Assembly: GCA_963734545.1 (NCBI GenBank)
Contig: CAVTHO010000003.1
Span: forward strand, 64,001 to 128,000
Direction of reading: 5' to 3'
From: an uncultured Spirochaetota bacterium
GTDB taxonomy: Bacteria; Spirochaetota; Spirochaetia; SZUA-6; Fen-1364
DNA length: 64,000 nucleotides
The position numbers and the translations under genes were made by a program. Shown here one piece after another: positions 50,819-61,454 of this stretch. Positions within the stretch are counted from its first letter, which is position 1, and each line of letters begins with the position of its first letter. The notes under the pieces are model-generated. The model saw only the letters and a list, made by a program, of their open reading frames with translations. It was not told the origin of the DNA and ran no database searches.

Positions 50819-51845
50819 CTAAGAAATCTCCATGAGCCTCCGCGCGGCATTCACGATGCGCACGGCGTCCGGGACATAGAACCTTTCCATCGGCGGAGAA
50901 AAAGGGGCCGGCGTGTCCGGCGCCGCCACCCGAGTGATCGGGGCCACGAGAAAGTCGATCATTTCTTCCGCGAGGGTGGCGGCGATCTCCGCTCCCAGAC
51001 CGCCGCGCCTCGGGCTTTCCTCCACCGTGATCACCCGCCCTGTTTTGGCCACGGACTCCTTCACCAGCTCCCAGTCGAATGGAACGATCGAGCGCGGATC
51101 GATCACCTCCGCGCTTATTCCCTGCCCGGCCAGGAGCGCGGCGGCCTCCATGGCCCTGTGCATCATGAGCAGCGTCGCGATGATCGTCACGTCGCTGCCT
51201 TCCCGCCGGACAATGCCCTTTCCGATCGGTACGAGATAATCCTCGTCGGGAATCATGCTCGACGCATCGATCGTGCCGGATTCGGAGCGCGGGCCCTTGG
51301 AGCCGTACAGGAGCTTGTGCTCGAAGATCAGCACGGGATTGCCGTCCCGGACCGCGGATTTCAGCAGCCCTTTTGCGTCATACGCCGTTGCGGGGGCCAC
51401 GAGCTTGATCCCCGGGCAGGGGAAGGAAAAAGGGCTCCATCATCTGCGCGTGCTGCGCTCCGCGACCCGTGACTCCCACGGGGGCGCGCATCACCATGGG
51501 CGTCGTGAGCTTCCCGCCCGACATGTAGCGCATCTTGGCCACCTGGTTCCCCACCTGGTCCATGGCGCAGAAAAGGAAATCGGAGTACTGCACGTCCGCG
51601 ATCGGCCTCATTCCCATGAGGGAAGCGCCCAGCGCCGCGCCCATCAGGCCCGCCTCCGAGATGGGAGTGTTCACCATCCGGTCGGGGAACTCCTTCTCCA
51701 GGCCGAGCGTCACGGTGAACGCGCCCCCCCACCCGCCGGGGATCCCGATGTCCTCGCCGATGCAGAACACACGCTCGTCCCTGCGCATTTCCTCCGCAAT
51801 CGCCTCCCGCAGTGCTTCCGCTATCCCGAGCCTGTGTGCCGTCAT
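50819..51845 (-). CDS. 2-oxoacid/acetoin dehydrogenase E1 beta (frameshifted)
   Basis: GEDIG, TPISE, AQHAQ, EHKLLY, EVIDPRS. Confidence 0.9.
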
Positions 51846-52811
51846 ACGAACATGTCCTCCAGCGCATCCTCCGGGGCGGGCTCGGGATCGGCAATCGCCT
51901 TTTCCACTGCCGCCTCGATCTCGGTCTTTACCCCGGCCCTGATTTCCTCGAGCGATTGCGGGTCTGCGATCCCCTCCGCCGCGAGCCAGCCGGCGAACCT
52001 TCCGATGGGTTCGTTCGCCACGGCCTGCTTCTTCTCTTCCTCCGGCTGGTACAGACCGGGGTCCCGCCGCGAATGGCCGGTGATCCTGTACGTGAGGAGC
52101 TCCAGCAGCGTGGGGCCTTTCCCCGCGCGGGCCCGCGCCACCGCCTCCCGCGCCGCCTCGTAGACGGCCAGCACATCGTTGCCGTCCACCGTCACTCCGG
52201 GGATGCCGTATGCGCAGGCCCTTTCAGAGACGTGCGCAACCTTCATGGAGAGCTTCACCGACGTCGAGGCCGCGTAGAGGTTGTTTTCAACGACGAAGAG
52301 CGCGGGCAGGTCCCAGACGGACGCCATGTTGAGGGACTCGTGGAAAGTTCCCTCGTTGGTGGCGCCATCTCCCATGAAGGCAACCGCAACGCGCTTCTGG
52401 CCGCGCATCTTGAAGGACAGGGCGATCCCGGTGGCGATGGGAAGCCCGCCGCCGACGATGGCAACCGCGGGCACGATCCCTTTCGAGAGGTCTCCCATGT
52501 GCATGGAGCCGCCCTTGCCCTTGCAGCACCCCGTTGCCTTGCCGAAAAGCTCGGCCATCATGCTCGCCACGTCCAGATCCCTTGGCAATGCAGTGCCCGT
52601 CCGGACGATGCGTGGAGGTGATGACGTCCTCCGCCTCCAGCGCGGCGCACACGCCCACGGCGCACGCTTCCTGTCCCTGGCACTGGTGAATCGTGCCGGG
52701 CATGATGCCCTCCAGGAACAGGAACTTCACGCGGTCCTCGAACTCGCGAATCAGGACCATTCTGCGGTACAGCCCCCGCAGCCAGGCGGTGTCGTACGAT
52801 GGTTTCTTCAC
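51842..52811 (-). CDS. 2-oxoacid/acetoin dehydrogenase E1 alpha (frameshifted)
   Basis: GQEA, GKGGSMH, GDGA...ENN TPP motif, YRITGHS. Confidence 0.9.
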
Positions 52812-53974
52812 GCAAACTCTCCGTTCTCCAGTATCTGCTTCATGCGGGCCAGAAAGCGCGCGGCCGCCGCTCCGTTGACCAGACGGTGGTCCACCGAGAG
52901 GGTCAGGTGGACCACGGGCACCACCCGCACGCCCTCTCCGTCCGCGACGGGACAGCGCGTCACGGCGCCGACGGCGAGCGCCGCGGCGTGCGCGGGGTAA
53001 ATGATTGCCTCGAAGCTTTCGACGGGAAACATTCCGAGGTTGCTCACGAGAAAGCAGCTGTCATCCACGTCCCGGGGGGAGAGCGCACGGGACTCTGCCT
53101 TCTCCACCAGGGTGCCGATCTCCCGGGAAATGCCCGCCACGCTTTTCCTTTCCGCGTTCCGCACGGCGGGGGCGTAGAGCTCGTCCCCAATGCCGAGCGC
53201 GACGGCGATGTCGATGGCTCCGTGCTCTTTCACCTCGTCTCCCGCAAGGAAGGCTCGAAAGACGGGTGACTGGGCAATGGACACGGCCGCAGCCTTGACG
53301 AAAAACGCGTCGAAACGTGGAGCCTGTGCTCCGGCGCTCGCGTCGCTCCGTCGCGCCGCGACCACCCGGCGCATGTCGACGAGCGCGTGCACGTGGTAGA
53401 CCGGCTTCTCGCGGTGGCTCTGGCTCACCTTGGCCGCGATGATGGATTGCGCCGGAGGGAGCGGGCGGGCGGGCCGCGCGGGCGCCGCGCCGCCGGACGC
53501 CTGCGCCGCGTTCCGGCTCCGCAGCACGTCATCCCGGGTCACCGCCCCGCCGGGACCGGTTCCCGCAACCGTGTCGAGGTCGACACCCCACCTGGCGGCG
53601 AGCGCGGCGAGCGCCGGTGCGATCCTGCGCGCGGCGCGCTCCGAGGACAGCGGTGCCGGCCCGGCGCGGCCGCTTTCTCCTGCGGCCGCTGCCGCTGCGG
53701 CATCCGCGGCGCCGCTCCCGGCAGCCGTGTTTTCCCCGTACCTTCGGATCCAGGCGATTGTCTCCCCCGAGGCAACGCGCGCTCCTTCGGCGGCAACGAG
53801 TCTTTCCAGGGTTCCCGCCATCGCGGCTTCCACCTCGCTCACGCCCTTGTCGGTCTCCACTTCGAAAAGGGGCTCGCCGAGCGCAACGGCATCCCCCTCG
53901 GATTTCAGCCACCTGACCAGGGTGACCTCTCCTTCGACCGTCCCCAGGTCAGGCATGCGGAGCGGCACCGCCAT
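52808..53974 (-). CDS. dihydrolipoamide acyltransferase E2
   Basis: ETDK lipoyl site, GTGPGG E3-binding domain, DHRLVNG. Confidence 0.9.
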   Translation of the reverse strand: MAVPLRMPDLGTVEGEVTLVRWLKSEGDAVALGEPLFEVETDKGVSEVEAAMAGTLERLVAAEGARVASGETIAWIRRYGENTAAGSGAADAAAAAAAGESGRAGPAPLSSERAARRIAPALAALAARWGVDLDTVAGTGPGGAVTRDDVLRSRNAAQASGGAAPARPARPLPPAQSIIAAKVSQSHREKPVYHVHALVDMRRVVAARRSDASAGAQAPRFDAFFVKAAAVSIAQSPVFRAFLAGDEVKEHGAIDIAVALGIGDELYAPAVRNAERKSVAGISREIGTLVEKAESRALSPRDVDDSCFLVSNLGMFPVESFEAIIYPAHAAALAVGAVTRCPVADGEGVRVVPVVHLTLSVDHRLVNGAAAARFLARMKQILENGEFA

Positions 53975-54112
53975 ACAATCCCCCCTGCTGAGCATCTGCT
54001 CAATCGGAACTTTATGCTCATTCTAAGCCGTCCCTTCCCCCGCGGTCAACGAAAAGTTTTGCCTGTTCCGCGCTGTCTTGACGGCGCGGTGGGCGCGTGA
54101 TAGCGTAAGCAT

Positions 54113-55170
54113 ATGGAAGAAGTTGGGCATTTGCTCAATGGACCTCTCCCCCGACGCCCCGCGCGCACAGCGGACCTGGACCAGGACAGGCTCCTGATCA
54201 AGGCGGCGCGGCTCTACTACGAAAGCAGCATGACCCAGGCGGTGATCGCGGACCGCATGCGCCTTTCCCGCCAGAAAGTGCAGCGTCTCCTCGACCTGGC
54301 AAAGGAGAAAGGGGTCGTCCGCATCGTCATCGAGCCCCTCATGGGCATTCACGACGACCTGGAGAGGGCCCTCGAGGAACGCTTCGGCCTCCGCGAGGCG
54401 GTGGTGGTGGAAACCTCCGCCTACGACCAGGAATCCACCGTGGCCCGCGAGGTGGGGGTCGGAGCTGCCGAATACCTTCTGCGGGTGCTCCGCCCGAAGG
54501 ACCGGATCGTCATCAGCTGGGGCGGCGCCCTCCTGGGAATGGTGAACGCCCTGCGCCGCCACCCGCATCGCGACATGCGGGGCATCGCGGTCATCCAGGG
54601 TCTGGGCGCCGTGGTGGATCCCAGCCGGGACACGCATTCCACCGAGCTGGCGCGCCGGCTGGCCCACTTCCTCGGCGGGCAGGCGGTGCCTCTTCCCGGC
54701 TCCCGGCGTGGCCGGCAGCAGGCAGGCCAGAAACGCGTTCCTGCACGATCCGCCCGGTGGCGCGGGTGCTGGAAGAGGCCCGGTCCGCGGACCTCGCCTT
54801 TGTGGGCATCGGCGCGCCGCGCCAGGACTCCATCCTGATCCGCGAGGGCAGCATCGTGAGCTGGGCGGAGCTGGAGGCGCTGAAGAAAAAGGGCGCGGCG
54901 GGCGACATCAATCTCCGCTTCTTCGACAGCGAGGGCCGGGCCATCCCATCGGACCTCGACGACCGGGTGATAGGGCTGACGCTCGAGGATTTTCGCAGGA
55001 TCCCCCACGTCGTGGGCGTCGCGGGCGGCGCCGCAAAGCTCGGCGCCATACGGGGCGCGCTGGAGGGGAAGCTGATCCACGTCCTGATCACGGACAATGT
55101 CACCGTGCTCAAGCTGCTGGAGCAGAGGGCCGCTGCCTCTCCTCCGCGGCCAAAAAGGAGAAACAGATGA
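54113..55170 (+). CDS. SorC/DeoR family sugar-binding regulator (frameshifted)
   Basis: AARLYY...TQ..IA...SRQKV, FVGIG, GDI, LITD. Confidence 0.88.
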
Positions 55171-56410
55171 GCAGGAAAACCATCGCCGTGCTGGCCACGC
55201 TGGATACAAAGGGGCGCGAGGCGGAGTTCCTGCGTGACCAGATACAGAAACACGGACAGAAAGCGCTCGTCATCGACGTGGGGGTGACCGGGACGCCGGG
55301 CGACCCGGGCGGATGTCACCCGTGAAGAGGTGGCGGAGGCCGGAGGCACCCCCCTTTCGCGTCTTCTTGCGAACCCGTCCCGGGAGGTGGCCGCGCCCGT
55401 CATGGCGGACGGGGCCACGAAGATCGTCGGCAGGCTCGCGGCGGAGGGGAAGATCCACGGAATCGTGGGACTGGGCGGAACCCAGGGCACGACGCTCTGC
55501 ACAAAGGCGATGCGCGCGCTGCCGTACGGATTTCCGAAGGTCATGCTCTCCACCATGGCCTCGGGGAACGTTTCGCACTGGGTCGACATCCGTGACATCA
55601 CCATGATGTTCTCGGTGACGGACATCATGGGTCTGAATCCCGTCATGCGGAAGATGCTGGCCAATGCCGCCGGGGCCGCGTGCGGCATGGCATCCTCGGA
55701 GGTGACCCTCTCCACCGGAGGCCAGCCCCTGGTCGCCGTCACCACGGTGGGCATCACCACGAAGGGCGCAATGAAGGCCGTCGAGGTGCTGGAAGCGGCC
55801 GGCTACGAGACCATCGTGTTCCACGCCATCGGCGCCGGCGGCCGCGCAATGGAGCAGATGATGAAGGAAGGGATCATCGGCGCGGTGCTCGACTATTCCA
55901 CGATCGAGGTGTCCAACGAGATGTTCCACGCGCTGCTGGCGGGCGGGCCCGACCGCTGCACGACCGCGGGCTCACTCGGCCTGCCGCAGGTGATCGCGCC
56001 GGGCGCCATCGAGGTCCTCGTCTATAACGAGCCGGAGACCGTGCCTGCTCCCTACAACACCCGCACGTTGATCCGCCACAGCCCCCAGATCACGGACGTG
56101 CGGCTCAACGGAACCGAGATGGCCGCGGTGGGCAGGGAGCTTGCCCGCCGCCTGCAGTCCACGCGCGAGCCGGCGGTGTTCATGATCCCTACCGCGGGCT
56201 TCGACAGCTACGCGGTGAAGGGAGGCGGTTTCCACGATCCTGAATCCGATGCCGCGTTCGTGAAGGAGCTGAAGGCCCACCTGCCCGCCTGCATCAGGGT
56301 CGAGGAACGGAACACGCTACATCGATGACCCGGCATTTGCCACGGAAGCGGCCCGGACTCTCATCCAGCTGATCGAAGCGGGCGGGAAGCGCCGTCCGGC
56401 CGCGTCCTGA
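55167..56410 (+). CDS. Tm-1-like (UPF0261) ATP-binding domain protein (frameshifted)
   Basis: TLDTKG.E, GLGGTQGT, LPYGFPK...STMASG, FHAIGAGGRAME. Confidence 0.88.
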
Positions 56411-56426
56411 GCAGGGAGGAAGCGGA

Positions 56427-57302
56427 ATGGCGAAGCGATACACGCGGAAGGATTTTCTCGAGCGGCTGCGCGCGGAGATCGCACGGGGCAAGCCCCTCGT
56501 GATGACCGGTGCCGGCAACGGCATCGCCGCGAAGTTCATCGAGAAGGGCGGGGTGGACATCCTCGGTGTGTACAACACGGGATATCTGCGCATGCAGGGC
56601 TACGGCTCGCTCGCCGGCATGCTGCCCATCGCGGACGCCAATGAGATGGTCTACACAATGGGGCGACGGGAGGTCCTGCCCCAGGTGAAAGAGGTCCCCG
56701 TGATCGCGGGGCTGAACGGGGTGGACCCCCTGCGCGACATGCGTCTGTTCCTGGAGGACTGCCGGCGGATCGGATACTCGGGCGTGCACAACTTCCCCAC
56801 CGTGGCGTGGTTCGACGGAGAGTTTCGAAAGACGCTGGAGGGAACCGGGCTGGGCTACCAGCACGAGATCGACATGCTCGTCACTGCCCGGGAGCTGGAC
56901 ATGCTCGCCATCGGCTACGCCTTCAACGAGCAGGACTGCGAGCGCCTGATGAAGGAGGCGATGCCGGACATCTTCATCTTCCACGCGGGCATCACGCGGG
57001 GCGGCTCCACCGGCTACGCCGGGGGAAGCGATATCGCCGACACGGCAGCGCGCAGCCAGCGTCATTACGAGATTGCCCGGAAAATCAAGCCGGATGTCAT
57101 CCTCCTGGCGCACGGAGCGGCCCTCGTGAATCCGGAGGATGCCCAGTACATGCTCGATCATACGGACTGCCACGGCGTGCAGCTCGGCTCCAGCATCGAG
57201 CGCATGGCCATCGAGAAACCCCTGGAGGAGCGCTCCGCCGCGTTCAAATCGATACGCTTCACGGGGCGCGGCAACGGACCACTGCGCCGGCAGAAAGGTT
57301 GA
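56427..57302 (+). CDS. phosphoenolpyruvate hydrolase-like TIM-barrel protein
   Basis: GAGNGIAAK, YNTG, GSLAGMLP..DAN, NFPTV, SSIER. Confidence 0.88.
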   Translation: MAKRYTRKDFLERLRAEIARGKPLVMTGAGNGIAAKFIEKGGVDILGVYNTGYLRMQGYGSLAGMLPIADANEMVYTMGRREVLPQVKEVPVIAGLNGVDPLRDMRLFLEDCRRIGYSGVHNFPTVAWFDGEFRKTLEGTGLGYQHEIDMLVTARELDMLAIGYAFNEQDCERLMKEAMPDIFIFHAGITRGGSTGYAGGSDIADTAARSQRHYEIARKIKPDVILLAHGAALVNPEDAQYMLDHTDCHGVQLGSSIERMAIEKPLEERSAAFKSIRFTGRGNGPLRRQKG

Positions 57303-57304
57303 GC

Positions 57305-58249
57305 GTGGCGAGGGCGGTATTCTTCGGAAGCTCGGACAGCGTGTTTTCCCACCGGCACTTCCAGGCGCTGCTCCAGGCGGACTGCCGGATCGTGGGCGTC
57401 GTGGACGTGCCCCCGGCACGCCGCGGAAGCACGAACGCGGCGCGGCCGGACAGTGAGAGCTTTCCCGACGCAGCGATGCGCATGGGCATTCCGACTTTCG
57501 AGCCTGAGAATCCGAACACCCCGTCCTTCGTCGAGGAAATGCGGCGACTCACCCCTGATTTCTTCGTGGCAGTCGGCTACATGCTCCTGCTGAAGAGCGC
57601 TCTTCTGTCCCTCCCGCGCGTGGTTGCCGCCAACTTCCACGCGTCCCTGCTTCCCGCGTACCGGGGGAAACACCCGGTGTTCTGGGCGCTTCGGCACGGC
57701 GAGCCCTGGTGCGGGCTGACGGTGCATGAGATGGGCCCCGGCCTGGACACGGGGGACATCATCTTCCAGGTCCGGGTGCCGACACGGGAAACGGACTCCG
57801 TGTCTGCCCTGTATGAGCGAATCATGGCGGAGAGCCTGCCCCTGGTGCCCCGGCTGGCGGCGTGCGTCGAGGCGGGGAGCGTGCCCCGCGCTCCCCAACC
57901 GTCGGAGGGGGCGTCGTATTTCGGGGCGACCGTGGAAGACGACTTCCGCCTGGACTGGTTCATGGAGGCGGCGGTGCTCGCGCGATGGATTGCCGCCACT
58001 CCGGGACAGTGCTTCGCGGACTGCCGGCGCGAGCGGATCTTCTTCCTGGACGCACGAGTGTCGGAGGACGGGGGCGGCAGGGAACCCGGGACAGTCGTCA
58101 GGATGGCCCCGGAATGCTGCGAGATTTCCGCCGCGGGCGGAAATCTCCGCGTCTGCCGGGTGCGCACGGCGGACGGGCACGAGATGAGCGCGCGGGAGGC
58201 GTTCCTGAAGCTGCAGCTCGGGGAAGGCTCCCTCTGGGGAGGGGCGTGA
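57305..58249 (+). CDS. Fmt-like formyltransferase
   Basis: NFHASLLPAYRG..P, GLTVH, LDTGDI. Confidence 0.85.
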   Translation: MARAVFFGSSDSVFSHRHFQALLQADCRIVGVVDVPPARRGSTNAARPDSESFPDAAMRMGIPTFEPENPNTPSFVEEMRRLTPDFFVAVGYMLLLKSALLSLPRVVAANFHASLLPAYRGKHPVFWALRHGEPWCGLTVHEMGPGLDTGDIIFQVRVPTRETDSVSALYERIMAESLPLVPRLAACVEAGSVPRAPQPSEGASYFGATVEDDFRLDWFMEAAVLARWIAATPGQCFADCRRERIFFLDARVSEDGGGREPGTVVRMAPECCEISAAGGNLRVCRVRTADGHEMSAREAFLKLQLGEGSLWGGA

Positions 58250-59160
58250 TGGCGAGGGTGAGCTTCGGGCGCCTCATGGCGGATGCCGAGCGGCGCGGGT
58301 ACGCGGTGGGCTACTTCGAGAGCTGGAACATGGAATCGCTGCTGGCGGTGGCGGACGCGGCCGAGGCGGCGCGCTCACCCGTCATCCTGGGTTTCAGCGG
58401 GATCTGCGCTGCCGCACCCCGCGCGCACGGTGCAGGAGCACCTCTCCGACTACTACGCGCTGGGCGCCGCCGTATGTGACAGGCTCTCCGTGCCGGCGTG
58501 CCTCCTGTTCAACGAATCGGCCCGGTTCGACTGGGTGGTGGAAGCGGTGCGGCTCGGATTCGGTCTGGTGATGTTCACCGACGAGGAGCTGGCGTACGCG
58601 GACCTGGTGGCGCAGGTGAGACAGGTGTCACGCATTGCGCACGCGGCGGACGCGGCCGTGGAGGGAGAGATGGACTCCCTGCCCGGGCGTGGGCGGCACC
58701 CTGCACACGCCGCCGCCGGATACCGCCTCTGACCGATCCCGAGAAGGCGCGCGAGTTCGTTCAGGCAACGGAAGTGGACTCCCTTGCGATCAGCGTGGGC
58801 CAGGTCCACCTGCACGGCCGCAGCCCGGTACGGCTGGACCTGGACCGGGTGACGGCGCTGAAGGCCGCGGTCACGGTTCCCCTTGTCCTGCACGGGGCAA
58901 CCTCCGTGACGCGCGCGGACCTGGCACGGGCAATTCAGCGCGGCGTCCGCAAGGTCAACGTCGGGAGCATTCTCAAGCGGACATTCTTCGAGGCCATGCG
59001 CGCCGCCAGCACCCGGGCGGGGGACTCCTACAATCCGTACGAAGTGATCGGCTCCGGAGTCTCGCGGACGTGATGGCGGCAGGCCCGCGCCGCCATGCAG
59101 AGGGTCGTGCAGGAGTACATGGAGCTGTTTGGCAGCGCGCAAAAAGCCGTCGGCTTCTAA
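58249..59160 (+). CDS. class II fructose/tagatose-bisphosphate aldolase-like (frameshifted)
   Basis: YAVGYF, SPVIL, VEGE, TDPEKA, LAISVGQVH, LVLHG, KVNVG. Confidence 0.85.
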
Positions 59161-59195
59161 GCGCGCCCGGGCGAATGCTGCACAGAGGAGGGAAT

Positions 59196-60029
59196 ATGGT
59201 TCACATCGGGATCAACACGGACAACTGGCGTCATGAGGACAAGCCGCTGGACTACTGCTTCGGCGTCATTGCGAAACTGGGCATCGAGTACACCGAGCTG
59301 GAAGCAACAGGCGGCACCGAGTTTTTCGAGGGCCTGGGGTTTTCGCCGTTCGTGCCGCTGGACAGCGATCCGCTGGAGCTGCGGAAGAAGATCGACGCGC
59401 ACCATCTGAAGGTCTCCCAGCTCGACGTTTCATTCCCCATCAACCGCTGGGAGTGCATCGATTTCATACGCCGCGGCATCATCTTCGCGGGGCTGCTCGG
59501 CGTGCCGTGCGTGGACACGACGGACGGGAAATACAAGGTCCCCGGCATGTCGGACAAGGAGCAGGTCGACCGGATCATCTACCACCTGTCCCAGTGCATC
59601 TCGGTGGCGGAAAACCACAAGGTGATCATCAACGTCGAGCCGCACGGGCCGTTCACCACGAACCCGGAGACGCTCCTGCAGATCGTGGAGCACTTCCAGT
59701 CGCCCTGGGTCAAGATCAATTTCGACACGGGGAACAGCTTCATCGCCGGCCAGGATCCCCCGAAGTTCCTCGAGCAGGTCGCGAAGTACGTGACCCACGT
59801 GCATTGCAAGGACGTCAGCCACGAGCTCGCCGCGGCCGTGCGGGGCAAGGACACCGGTATCTCGGCCTCCGTCGTGCCCATCGGCAAGGGCGCCAACGCG
59901 GACAACATCTCGAAGTGCATCAAGATCCTGGAGGCGCGGAAGTGGGACGGGGTCTTCTGCATCGAGAGTGATGGGGAAAAGAACGTCATCGACTCGGTGG
60001 CGTGGCTGAGGACGCAGATCAGGAAATAG
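59196..60029 (+). CDS. sugar phosphate isomerase/epimerase (xylose isomerase-like TIM barrel)
   Basis: VEPHG, NFDTGN, HVHCKD, PIGKG, CIE. Confidence 0.88.
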   Translation: MVHIGINTDNWRHEDKPLDYCFGVIAKLGIEYTELEATGGTEFFEGLGFSPFVPLDSDPLELRKKIDAHHLKVSQLDVSFPINRWECIDFIRRGIIFAGLLGVPCVDTTDGKYKVPGMSDKEQVDRIIYHLSQCISVAENHKVIINVEPHGPFTTNPETLLQIVEHFQSPWVKINFDTGNSFIAGQDPPKFLEQVAKYVTHVHCKDVSHELAAAVRGKDTGISASVVPIGKGANADNISKCIKILEARKWDGVFCIESDGEKNVIDSVAWLRTQIRK

Positions 60030-60088
60030 CGCCCGCGGGCAGGACGCGGCAGGGGCCCCCGGCGGTTCCCTGCCGGCATTTGTCCGGC

Positions 60089-60556
60089 TTACTTGACCGC
60101 CGGAGTGACGCTTCCGTTCAGATAGATCTCCTTGATGAACCAGTCGGTGTCGATCTGCACCAGAACGAACTTCGCAGGAATCGGACCGCCGACCGGCCAG
60201 GTCACGTCGAAGTTGTAGAATGTGGGCGGTCCGTAGATGTCCACGGTGACATTCGCCGGGTCCACATAGTCGTGGACGGAGAGGCTGTAGGTCTGGAAGG
60301 CTCCGGGCAGGACCACGCCGATTGCGTCCCAGTAGGCCTGCGTGCCCACGAGGGCGTAGTCCGCGGTCTGCCCCGGGGCGAAGTTCGCGCTCATGAGTGA
60401 CTTGTCGCCGCTCAAGTCGGCGCCGAATTGCGAGAGGCGGTCCATCTTTGTGACGCCCAGCATCTGGCACGTCCCCAGCCCGAGCGCGACAATCGCCCCC
60501 ACGGCAACAGCCAGCACGAATCGCGGCGCTGTCTTGAGAATCCTGCCCCGTCGCAT
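60089..60556 (-). CDS. hypothetical lipoprotein
   Basis: Signal peptide ending LGTC; GAGGAGG RBS. Confidence 0.65.
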   Translation of the reverse strand: MRRGRILKTAPRFVLAVAVGAIVALGLGTCQMLGVTKMDRLSQFGADLSGDKSLMSANFAPGQTADYALVGTQAYWDAIGVVLPGAFQTYSLSVHDYVDPANVTVDIYGPPTFYNFDVTWPVGGPIPAKFVLVQIDTDWFIKEIYLNGSVTPAVK

Positions 60557-60614
60557 ACCTCCTCAATTTTAGTCCTTTTTCGGGCGTTTGTCCGTCCCTT
60601 TTGCTCCGCGGCGC

Positions 60615-60693
60615 GAATCCACGGAGTACCGTGGCGCAGAATCCGCCGGGTACGGCGGCGCGAATCACGCAACTGCACGGAGCACCGTGAAGG
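60615..60693 (+). repeat. three REP-like hairpins
   Basis: CCACGG-AGTA-CCGTGG, CCGCCG-GGTA-CGGCGG, CACGG-AGCA-CCGTG. Confidence 0.75.
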
Positions 60694-60745
60694 GGGCACC
60701 GCTGCGCATTGACCTGCCTGCCCCGCGCCTCTATCCTTTCTGCTC

Positions 60746-61450
60746 ATGGCGGACATACTGGTTTTCGGGGCCCACCCCGACGACGCGGAATTCGGGATGG
60801 GCGCAAGCCTCGTCAAGTTCGTGCGCGGCGGGGCCTCCGTGGCGGTGTGCGTCCTGTCCCGCGGGGAAGCAGGCACTTTCGGCACACCGGAACAGCGCGA
60901 GGCCGAGATGAGGGCGGCCTCGGACAAGCTCGGGGGAGAGCTGGAAGTCCTGTCGTTCCGGGACTGCCAGATCCTCGACACCTATGAGGCGCGGGTGCGC
61001 GTGGCCGCCGTGGTGAGGAAGTTCCGGCCGAAGCTCGTTTTCGCGCCCTATCATACGAACCCGGGCAGTCACCGGGACGGCAGCGCCCATCCCGACCACA
61101 TGGCAACAGGCGCAATCGTCCGCTCCGCCCTGCGCTATGCGCGGTTCTCCGGTCTGAAGGAATTGAAGGAAGAGCCATGGAATGCCGGGCATTTGCTGTA
61201 CTACATGGTTCCCCTGTCGCGCGCACCCACACTGCTGAATGACGTATCGCCCTTCATGGAAGAGTGGGAAAGCGTCGCGCGCTGTCATGAGTCGCAGACA
61301 AAGATCCGGGAAGGATTGATCCTGCAGGTCCTCAGGGGCATTCGCGTCTCATATGGAATCATGATGGGCGTGGCCTTTGCGGAAGCTTTCCTCAATGAAG
61401 AGCCGCTGGCGTTCGACCTGGGGTCTTTCCTGCAGACAAAGGGAGCGTGA
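60746..61450 (+). CDS. PIG-L family deacetylase (BshB1-like)
   Basis: GAHPDDAE, GEAG, HPDH, HESQ. Confidence 0.88.
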   Translation: MADILVFGAHPDDAEFGMGASLVKFVRGGASVAVCVLSRGEAGTFGTPEQREAEMRAASDKLGGELEVLSFRDCQILDTYEARVRVAAVVRKFRPKLVFAPYHTNPGSHRDGSAHPDHMATGAIVRSALRYARFSGLKELKEEPWNAGHLLYYMVPLSRAPTLLNDVSPFMEEWESVARCHESQTKIREGLILQVLRGIRVSYGIMMGVAFAEAFLNEEPLAFDLGSFLQTKGA

Positions 61451-61454
61451 AAAA

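Noticed and set aside
55167-57302. Anti-phage role by analogy with plant Tm-1
   Set aside because: Context is entirely metabolic, with no defence genes nearby.
57305-58249. Housekeeping fmt (methionyl-tRNA formyltransferase)
   Set aside because: Lacks the usual MGTP N-terminus and def linkage, and sits inside a sugar operon; kept as a generic formyltransferase.
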